From NCBI GenBank assembly GCA_951406725.2, contig OX597816.1:15128001-15192000 (forward strand): 64,000 nt of DNA, written 5' to 3'. The notes below the pieces were generated by a model. That model ran no database searches. It was not told the origin of the DNA and saw only the letters and a list, made by a program, of their open reading frames with translations. The translations under genes and the position numbers were made by a program. Below are positions 53,833 through 64,000 of the stretch, in pieces. Position 1 is the stretch's first letter. Each line of letters begins with the position of its first letter. The stretch is from Octopus vulgaris (taxonomy: Eukaryota).

Positions 53833-54059
53833 CCCTTTTGATATGACCTGCCAGAAACCATCACTGGCTTTTATCACAGAAACTTCCTGTTTTAAAGCGA
53901 TCTAAACTGAAGCCTTCCATCAAGACTTCACTTCGATGTATGTTCAAAACATCAGCTTAATAACCACAGTTTATTTCCCTAAATTCTTCGTTATTTTCAA
54001 AAATTAAGTGAAAATAAAAGGAGAGATTGTATTTCAATAGAAATATGATAGCAAAAGAA
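53833..54059. mobile_element. Degenerate piggyBac-type MITE
   Basis: TTAA|cccttttgata ... tagcaaaagaa|TTAA. Confidence 0.45.
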
Positions 54060-54604
54060 TTAATTAAATAAACAAGACATCTTTTATTGATAGAAGATTA
54101 TAAATTTATTTGAGAAGAGATAGAGTAAATTAAATAGCCCCCTAGTGAATGCCCTCATTCATATTTGATCAAATAAGCCTTCTGCTTTAATTAATCAATA
54201 ATGATTTCTTAACCACTACACCCCTAGATCCAAGAATGGCTGTGTGTTTACAAAACTCACTTGCTACTACATGTTCACAGGTTCAATCCCATTTTGGGTA
54301 AGTGCCTTTTTATATAGCCCTGGTCTGACCAAAGCTTTGTGACTGAATTTTGTAGATAGGAACCTGTGTGGCAGCTGGATAGCAGATGTTAAATGATGCT
54401 GTTGCAGCTGATATCATCATCATCAGTGTTTAACATCTGGTTTCCATGCTGGCATGGGTTGGGAAGTTTGACAGAGGTCTGGAGCACCAGTGGGTGCACC
54501 AGGCTCCAAGCAAGTTGTTTCTGTTGACCAGATCAACTGGAACCACCGTCATCGTAACTGACGGAGTGCCAGTTATGCATCAGTGGTCTTGTAGGTAAAG
54601 ATGC

Positions 54605-55670
54605 TCTTTTCCTCTTTTACTTGTAACAGTCATTTGACTGTGGCCATGCTGGAGCACCGTCTTTAGTCAAGGAAATCAACCCCAGGACTTATTCTTTGTA
54701 AGCCTAGTACTTATTCTATCGGTCTCTTTTGATGAACTGCTAAGTTACGGGGACATAAACACACCAGCATCGCTTGTCAAGTGATGTTGGTGGGGACAAA
54801 CACAGACACACAAACATACACACACATACATATAAACATATATACGACGGTGTGTATATTTGCACAAGTGATTGGAAAAGGGTTTAAAGAAAGAACACTT
54901 ATGTCAGAAGGACCAGAATTGGTGGGAGGGTGGAAGGAACATGAATATATTCTTTTATTCTTTTCAGTCATTTGACTGCAGCCATGCTGGAGCACCACCT
55001 TTAGTCGAGCACATTGACCCCAGTACTTATTCTTTGTAAGCCTACTACTTATTCTATCGGTCGCTTTTGCTGAACTGCTAAGTTACGGGGACGTAAACAC
55101 ACCAGCATCGGTTGTCAAGTGATGTTGGTGGGGACAAACACAGACACACAAACACACACACATATACATATACATATATATGACGGGCTTCTTTCAGTTT
55201 CTTATTTCCATCATTGAATTGTAGCCATGTTGGAGCACACCCTGAAGGGTTTGTTTGAACCAATTGACCCCCAACCCCCAGTACTTATTTTAAGTCTGGT
55301 ATTTATTCTATCAGTCTCTTTTAGCAAAGTACCAAATTGCAGGGATGTAAACAAACCCACACTGGTTATCAAGTGGTGGTGATGGTGGTGTTGACGGTGG
55401 TGGTGGGACAAACACAAACACAAAGGCACACAATATATACATACACACACACACACACATATATATATGTACCATAGGCTTTCACATACACACACACACA
55501 CACACAGATAGGGCTTCTTTCAGTTTCTATCAACCAAATTCACTCGCAAGGCTTTGGTCAATCCAGGGCAATAGTAGAAGACACTTGCCAAGGGTTCCAC
55601 ACAGTGGGACTGAACCCAGAACTATGAGGTTGTGAAGCAAACTTCTTACCACACGGCAATATTGCCACCT
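54605..55670 (-). mobile_element. Three stacked family A SINEs
   Basis: Tail motif gccatgctggagcac at ~54643, 54981, 55224. Confidence 0.8.
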
Positions 55671-55848
55671 ATATATGTTTATTTTTCTTGGGAATTATGT
55701 AAAGAGTGTCTTATCTGTGGAATACCAAAAGACTAACTCAATGAGCCGGCAGTTCAGTTTATAAGCATTATATAAATGGATGTGAATGTCTGAATGGTCC
55801 AACACAGATGTAAACATTGTTGTAGATGAAACAAAGGACTGTTGCATT

Positions 55849-56031
55849 TGTACATTATGTACATTTTATTTATATTATTTACATTTGACGGATATTTGTC
55901 CTGATCTTGCTTGTTGTTAACACAGTGGTTCGACTGATATACCCTCTAGCCTTTATCAGGTGCATATGGCATACTGGTTAAGAGTATGGGCTACTAAGCC
56001 CAAGATTCTGAGTTTGTTTCCTGGCAGTGAT

Positions 56032-56106
<75 letters not shown>

Positions 56107-56107
56107 G

Positions 56108-56190
<83 letters not shown>
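55849..56190 (+). mobile_element. Second copy of tRNA-headed element, preceded by an inverted copy of its tail with degenerate hammerhead
   Basis: 55960-56035 matches 5299-5375; 55849-55962 is the inverse of the tail at 5580-5660 and reads cac-CTGATAA-aggct...agtc-GAAC-cact-gtg. Confidence 0.7.
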
Positions 56191-56194
<4 letters not shown>

Positions 56195-56550
56195 ATAATA
56201 ATAATAATAAAGTTGCTGAGACCCCCTTCGGTCATTACTGACCAAAGGATTGCACCTAGAAAGTTACCTTCCCAGGCACAAGTCTGGGCAAGGTTGTTTA
56301 TGGAAGACCAGCAGTCACCCATGCATACCGACCTACCCTCTCCACGCTACCAGTGTTATCCAAGGGAAAGGCAAAGGGGCCGATACAGCTTGGCACCTGT
56401 GATGTCGCAACTCATTTCTACAATTGAGTGAAATGGAGCAATGTGAAATAAAGTGTCTTGCTCAAAAACACAACACACAGCCCAGTCCGAGATTCGAACT
56501 CACAACTTCATGATTGCAAGCTTGATGATCTAGCTACTGAGCCATGCACC

Positions 56551-56599
<49 letters not shown>

Positions 56600-56739
56600 T
56601 AACAATAACAATAATAATAATAATAATAACAATAACAATAATAATAATAATAATAATAATAACAACAACAATAATAATAATAATAATAATAATCATAATA
56701 ATAATAATAATAATAATCATAATAATAATAATAACAACA

Positions 56740-56951
56740 ACTACTCTAAGCACAAAGCCTGAAATTTTGGGGGAGGGGGCCTGTGTTGATTATATCAACC
56801 CCGGTACACAATTGGTTCTTAATTTATCAACCCTGAAAGGATGAAAGGCAAAGTCGACCTCAGTGGAGTTTGAACTCAGAACATAAAGACAGACAAAATA
56901 GCGCTAAGCATTTTGCCCGGCGTGCTAATGTTTCTGTCAGCTCACCACCTT
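56740..56951 (-). mobile_element. Family B SINE monomer
   Basis: Full head and core. Confidence 0.85.
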
Positions 56952-57121
56952 CTAGAGAGAAAGAACATTTTGTTAGCAGATAGACCTTACTGTTACTACA
57001 TATTTCTTGCTCAGAGTTTTAAAATTAGTTGCCTTTCTCTTTATGAGATCAGCAACTGTGTGTCACTTTAAAAGTATATATTATGAGTAAGGTCAAGTGG
57101 CTGCTGTCTCTAGCTGGCGAT

Positions 57122-57520
57122 TGAAGGGGAGGAATGATGTCCTGGAAATGTCCGAGGAGGGGAGGAGGGACTTCTTGGAAAGTTCCGAGGAGGAGAGGGC
57201 TTCCTGGGAAATTCCAATGAGGAGGAAGTGGGACTTCTTGGAAAGTTCTGAGGAGAGGGAAGAGGGACTTCCTGGAAAGTTCCGAGGAAGGGGATTTGAG
57301 GGGGAGGAAGGGGAGGTGGAACTCCTTGGAAAGTTCCAAGGAAGGAGATTTGAAGGGGAGGAAGGACTTCCTGGAAGTTCCTAGGAGGGGGATTTGAGAG
57401 GGAAGAAGCGGAGGGACTTCCTGGAAAGTTCTGAGGAGTGGGGTTGGACTTCCTGGAAAGTTCCGAGGAGGGGGAGTTGAAGAGGAGGACGGACTTCCTG
57501 GAAAAGTCCGAGGAGGGGGT
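57122..57520. repeat. Degenerate minisatellite (ggacttcctggaaagttcc core)
   Basis: About eleven units; inverse of 17270-17608. Confidence 0.8.
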
Positions 57521-57807
57521 CAGATTATTTGTATATATTAGTAGACACACATGAAGAATAATCTTAGACAACAGTGTGAATAAATAACAACTATAACAAA
57601 GTGTTTAAATTTTTTCTGGCTAAAATAGGGCTTAATCTAGTCAGCCCTATAAATGTTGTACTTATAATGGTTCCCCTTTTTGATTCAGGGTTTTACGTTT
57701 TACAGCTGGGTGTCTTTCCTTCCAACAAATCTTTTTGCTGCTTCTTACAACACGTACCTAGTTTAAATGTAAGACACACTAAGATAATGTAAAAATTGCA
57801 TTCTGTC

Positions 57808-59162
57808 TATGTGTGTGTGTGTATGTGTGTGTGTGTGTGTGTGTATGTGTGTGTGTGTGTGTGTGAGTGTGTGTGTGAGTGTGTGAGTGTGTGAGTGTGT
57901 GTGTGAGTGTGTGTATGTGAGTGTGTGTGTGAGTATGTATGTGTGTGTGTATGTGTGTGAGTCTGTGCACGTGTGTACACATGCAATACAAACACATACA
58001 TGGACGCAGTCACATGCTCACCTACTTACCTACATACATGCAAACATGTGTACTTCCTCTCTCCCTCCCTCTCTCTCATTGTGTGTGTGCGTAAGTGTGT
58101 GATTGCGTGCGTATATACATGTATGTATATATGTATGCATGTGTATGAGTGTCTGTTAGTATTGTGCACCTTTAGCAATTTTCTGTTGCATTAAAATTAT
58201 TGATTGTTGCATATGCATGTATGAACATGTGTAAAAACTGTGATATTGTGTAAATATACATACAGAAACATATACACACACACATATATATATACATATA
58301 TGGTTGTGTACGTGTGTGCATATTTTTGTGTATTTATGCATAACAGCACACACATACATATATGTTCATATACACATATTCATACAACCCTGTATCCATC
58401 CATCCATCCATGCATTTCTCTGTGTAAAAATATACCCTTACACATACAAGCACGTACATATGTGCATACGCACTCACGCTTGTATGTTTATTTGTTTGTG
58501 TGCGTATGTATGTATGTGTGTGTGTGTAAGTGCAGTGGTTTATACATGTACACACACACACACACACACATATATAGAGTGAGAGAGAGAGAGAGATAAA
58601 TATATATATATATATATATTATGGATATAAACACCAATATAGGTATACTTTAGATATACTTATAAATCTATGTGTAAATATGTGTGTGTGTGTGTGTGTG
58701 TGTTTATAAGCATATATGACTCTGTGTGTGCATGTGTATGCATACATGACTGTGTGTGTGTATGAGTATGCATCCTTATATGTAAGTGTTAGCATCTTAG
58801 TGTGTGCATCTATGTATATTTTGAGGTATCTGTGTGCATACATACACACACACACACACACACACACATGCACATATATGTATATATATATTTATATATA
58901 TATATATACACACATATGTATGTATATATATGTATGTATATCTGTATGTGTAGATATATATGTGTGTATGTATATATGTATGCATATCTGTATGTGTAGA
59001 TATATATATGTGTATGTATATATGTATGTATATCTGTATGTGTAGATATATATATGTGTGTATGTATATATGTATATCTGTATGTGTAGATATATATATG
59101 TGTGTGTCTATGTATGTATGTATGCATATCTGTATGTGTAGATATATATATGTGTGTATGTG
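57808..59162. repeat. TG/TA/TATG low-complexity region
   Basis: Direct inspection; tatctgtatgtgtagatatata repeats at ~44-bp spacing in 58935-59160. Confidence 0.85.
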
Positions 59163-60066
59163 AGATGTTTGTATGACTAGGTGTGTAAAGAACCCATTAA
59201 AACAGACAAGAATATGAAAAATAAAAGGAGGGGGGGGAAACCAAAACAAAAAAAAAAACAAAAAATAAACAACAAAAATGTAAAAAGACAAAAAAACACC
59301 AATAAAACAACTATTTTAGAATTAATGGGATTGTTTTTCTACACATAATGTTCATCTGTTCACTGCTTGATAAAGAAAAAAGGTAAAAAAATAAAGAGAA
59401 TTTTCATTTTTTTCCCTTCTTCTTCTTTCTTTTTTTCCTTCTAATCTGCAGGCAGCATTGCTTATTGCAGTCATGCTGATTTTTATCATTTAAATAACCA
59501 TTCTATTCCTTGTCTAACCACAAAACCACCGCCATTGCCGATCACCCACCTGCCCGCCTGCCCGCCCCCAACCACAGCTCTCTTCACCTTTTATAGTTTC
59601 CAAATTTAGATTTCTAACTCATTATTGGCATCCCCTTTGGTGAACATCCGCTCACTGATCAGACCTGCCACTTCAAACAGGACGCGATTTGTGACGAGAA
59701 TGTTTCGCATAAAGATATTATTATTTTTTTTTTTTTAACTTAACTTGCTGTTTTTTTTTTGTTTTTTTTTCCCTCCCACCATCAATAGCTTTAAACCAAA
59801 ATGAAAACAATACAGAAACAGAAATAAAATAAAAAATAAAAAAAGATTTATCAAAAAAAAAAAATTAGTAAAAATAAAAAAAGGAATTTGTACTTCAACA
59901 ACTATTAACTTAACAAGAAATAAATGGCTGTGTGTGTATATGTTGATGTGTAGATTTGTGTGTGTGTATACATCAAAATATTGTAGCTAGTTACAACCAT
60001 TAGAAGACATAAGATTTGCTAACTTCAGCTTGACTAGAAAGTTTTAAACATTTTATAATAGATTAC

Positions 60067-60441
60067 ACTCTCTTTGACTCTTTCACTTGTTTCAGTCCTT
60101 TGATTGTAGCCATGCTGGGGTACTGCCTTTAGTCAAGCAAATCAACCCCGGGACTTATTCTTTGTAAGCCTAGTACTTATTCCATCGGTCTCTTTTGCCG
60201 AACCACTAAGTTATGGGGACGTAAACCCACCAGCATCGGTTGTCAAGCGATGTTTGGGGAGGGGGGACAAACACAGACACACAAACATATACACACACAT
60301 AAGGGCATCCAGCCGTAGAAACACTGCCAAATCTGACTGGGCCTGATGAAGCCTTCCAGCTTCACAGACCCCAGTTAAACCGTCCAACCCATGCTAGCAT
60401 GGAAAATGGACGCTAAATGATGATGATGATGATGATGATGA

Positions 60442-60492
<51 letters not shown>

Positions 60493-60676
60493 CATATATA
60501 CGACGGGCTTCTTTCGGTCTCCGTCTACCAAATCCACTCACAAAGCTTTGGTCAGCCCAAGGCTATATTAGAAGGCTATGGTAGAAGACACTTGCCCGAG
60601 ATGCCATGCAGTGGAACTGAACCCGGAACCATGTGGCTGGTAAGCAAGCTACTTACCACACAGCCACTCCTACACC
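60067..60676 (-). mobile_element. Family A SINE interrupted by a + strand family C tail (60301-60445)
   Basis: Family A tail 60067-60300 and head 60495-60676 flank the insert. Confidence 0.8.
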
Positions 60677-60806
60677 TAGATTAATAATAATTTCTTTTGA
60701 TCATATTTATAAACTGATTTAAAAACAATAATTTTTTTCTATTTTCATTGATTTCCACATGCTGTTACATGTTATGTATTATATGCTGTTGAGGTGTGTG
60801 TGTCAG

Positions 60807-60807
<1 letters not shown>

Positions 60808-60837
<30 letters not shown>

Positions 60838-61307
60838 GTCATCATCGTTTAACATCCGTTTTCTATGCTGGCATGGGTTAGATAGTCTCACTGAAGACTG
60901 GCAAGCCAGAAGGCTGCACCAGGCTCCAATCTTATCTGGCAATGTTTCTACAGCTGGATGCCCTTCCTAATGCCAACCACTCTGAGAGTATAGTGGGTGC
61001 TTTTTATGTGCCACTGACACGAGAGCCAGTCAGGCGGCACTGGCATCGACAACATTTGGATGGTGCTCTTTATGTGCCACCGGCACAGGAGCCAGTCAGG
61101 ATGGTGTGGGGGCAGTGACCCAGGTATGAATGTGTATATATATGTATGTATATATTTACATATGAAGCCATGCTCCAAATATTTTGGTGCAACATAGATT
61201 TTTATTCAGTTTGTTCACCTGGCTTCATTGCGTGACTATCTTGTTCTGCTATTGCAGGAATCACTGAAGGTTGAATGCTTGAAATACACTGGTATCATAT
61301 ATCATAT

Positions 61308-61396
<89 letters not shown>

Positions 61397-62294
61397 TCAT
61401 CATCATCATCATCATTTAGCGTCTGCTTTCCATGCTAGCATGGGTTGGACGGTTCAACCGGGGTCTGTGAAGCCAGAAGGCTGCATGAGGCCCAGTCTGA
61501 TCTGGCAGTGTTTCTATGGCTGGATGCCCTTCCTAACGCCAACCACTCTGTGAGTGTAGTGGGTGCACGTGCCACCCGCACAGGTGCCAGACAGAGCTGG
61601 CAAACGGCCACGAACGGATGGTGCTTTTACGTGCCACTGGCATGGGGGCCAGGCGAGGCTGGCAACGGACACGAGCGGATGGTGCTTTTTACGTGCCACC
61701 GGCACGAGGCCAGTCGGGGTGGCGCTGGCAACAGTCATGAACAGATGGTTCTCTTACGTGCCACCGGCACTGGTAACTCAGCTTGTGAAGACCTGTTGAG
61801 GCAAGTGAGGATCAGAATCGAAATCGATGGAAATATATATATATATATATATATCAGGAGTGGCTGTGTGGTAAGTAGCTTGCTTACCAACCACATGGTT
61901 CTGGGTTCAGTCCCACTGCGTGGAACCTTGGGCAAGTGTCTTCTACTATAGCCTCGGGCTGACCAAGACCTTGTGAGTAGATTTGGTAGACAGAAACTGA
62001 AAGAAGCCCATTGTATAGATGTGTGTATGTGTTTGTGTGACAGATACTGGTGTCACACTAATTGGCACCCATCCTGGTGGCACATAAATGCGGCCTGGTG
62101 TCACACAAATGACACCTGTACTGGTGAATTGTAGAAACATCCATTACACTCTCAGAATGGTTGGCATTAGGAAGGGCATTCAGCCATGGAAACCATGCCA
62201 AATCAGACTGGAGTCTGGTACAGCCTTCCAGCATGCTGGCCTAGTCAAACCATCCAACCTATAGACAATGGACATTGAATGATGATGATGATGA

Positions 62295-62298
<4 letters not shown>
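60808..62298. mobile_element. Cluster of family C elements (60808-61105 -, 61394-61830 -, 62070-62298 +) and a family A head (61856-62045 +)
   Basis: Shared diagnostic cores as above. Confidence 0.75.
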
Positions 62299-62347
<49 letters not shown>

Positions 62348-62546
62348 TGCAGCACGGACTTTGTCAGTGAACAGGTCGCGGATTTTAGCGACGAAAATAT
62401 TTTGACAAATTAAACTTAAATGTTGAAGTGAATCGAACGGCTTTTGTGTGTTTCTTAAATGGCTTATAAACACCTTCCATGCTGCAATTGTTTTCGTTTC
62501 AGCACACGATCTCAGATCAAATTACTTGCTATCCGAGTACATCTCC

Positions 62547-62659
<113 letters not shown>

Positions 62660-62822
62660 TGACGTATATTTGCCATCTCAATATGGCTACCCCTAAGGGT
62701 GGATGCTACTGTAGTTTTTAGCCCCAGGAGGACACACTCCTCCAGCTGGCCATAGACACACTTTCTGTGTCCTGTCAGTATTTGCAAAGGGAAGTCATCC
62801 TTCCCGTCTTCAACTTATGATA

Positions 62823-62867
62823 CACACGGACTCGAGTTTCGAGGTATTGACCTCTCGTCAGCGTGTG
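62823..62867 (-). ncRNA. Type I hammerhead ribozyme, copy 1
   Basis: Minus strand cacacg-CUGACGA-gaggu(caau)accuc-GAAA-cucgag-UC^-cgugug: complete core, 6-bp stem I, 5-bp stem II; predicted cut between 62829 and 62828. Confidence 0.93.
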
Positions 62868-63174
62868 ACAATCATAGTTGTCGGCGAGAATTAGATCTCC
62901 TTCACAAATACTTATACTTTTTCCAGCGTCCACTGTCGCTGATATTGAAAAAGTGAAATCAAACAATGATAAATATCAAAGTGAGTTATATACAGTAGCG
63001 GTAACACATCGTGACGTATATTTGCCATCTCAATATGGCTACCCCTAAGGGTGGATGCTACTGTAGTTTTTAGCCCCAGGAGGACACACTCCTCCAGCTG
63101 GCCATAGACACACTTTCTGTGTCCTGTCAGTATTTGCAAAGGGAAGTCATCCTTCCCGTCTTCAACTTATGATA

Positions 63175-63219
63175 CACACGGACTCGAGTTTCGAGGTATT
63201 GACCTCTCGTCAGCGTGTG
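63175..63219 (-). ncRNA. Type I hammerhead ribozyme, copy 2
   Basis: Identical to copy 1; predicted cut between 63181 and 63180. Confidence 0.93.
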
Positions 63220-63711
63220 ACAATCATAGTTGTCGGCAAGAATTAGATCTCCTTCACAAATACTTATACTTTTTCCAGCGTCCACTGTCGCTGATATTGA
63301 AAAAGTGAAATCAAACAATGATAAATATCAAAGTGAGTTATATACAGTAGCGGTAACACATCGTGACGTATATTTGCCATCTCAATATGGCTACCCCTAA
63401 GGGTGGATGCTACTGTAGTTTTTAGCCCCAGGAGGACACACTCCTCCAGCTGGCCATAGACACACTTTCTGTGTCCTGTCGGTATTTGCAAAGGGAAGTC
63501 ATCCTATATATATATAAAAAGTGGCACCCCATCAGTTATGACACCAAGTGGCACTCCCAAGGCTTAGGGTTGTCCTGAGGCTATTGTAAGTGGAAGACAG
63601 AAGCAAACTTCCTACCACACATCCATGCCCCTGTGCCTGTATTGTGTTATTTAAATTTTAAAACTTGCTGCTCTGCTACCACCAATTGTCTATGATACCC
63701 TGGCTGGAAAC

Positions 63712-63765
<54 letters not shown>

Positions 63766-63887
63766 TTGCTGCTGCTGCTGAACCTGCTGTTACTGTTGAT
63801 CCTGCTGCTGCACCTCCTCCTCCTCCTCTACTACCATCACCACCACCAAACCCCTCCTCCTCCTCCTGTTGCTGCCACTGCTGCTGT

Positions 63888-63943
<56 letters not shown>

Positions 63944-64000
63944 TTCCCTCCCTGTGGGCTCTGTCATCCCACCGCCACCCTCCTCCTCCTCCTCTTCCTC
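63712..64000. repeat. Compound trinucleotide microsatellite (CTG/CCT/CTA)
   Basis: Direct inspection. Confidence 0.95.

Noticed and set aside
60340-60365. CTGATGA motif in a family C copy
   Set aside because: No GAAA or stems follow; other copies read ctggtgca here
62775-63491. Repeated 63-aa and 75-aa ORFs in the 352-bp units
   Set aside because: Duplicated only because the DNA is tandem; no recognisable domain; 352 is not a multiple of 3 and the frames contain stops, so no endless circular ORF

Overview
Repeat-saturated (AT-rich) animal DNA with no convincing host gene; it reads as a large intron or intergenic region. The repeat families look like those of an octopod cephalopod (Octopus); this is recognition, not a database result. 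Almost all listed ORFs are microsatellite artefacts. The real coding remnants are transposon-derived: R4/Dong LINEs in (AAT)n tracts, RTE and CR1 LINE pieces, a nested Tc1 element and a mariner derivative. There are also at least four tRNA/RTE-derived SINE families, MITEs (piggyBac, hAT, pogo/Tc2-like, Merlin-like) and Helitron/Helentron non-autonomous elements. The main signal is an RNA-level system. A near-perfect 352-bp tandem array (62657-63505), inserted in a (TA)n tract, carries an intact type I hammerhead ribozyme in each full unit on the minus strand, the architecture of a circRNA-producing non-LTR retrozyme. Several other hammerhead or hammerhead-like motifs occur in Penelope-type inverted/direct repeats (3182, 21740, 29835-30470, 55920). 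One belongs to a tRNA-headed element that looks like a SINE with a Penelope-type, ribozyme-bearing tail.
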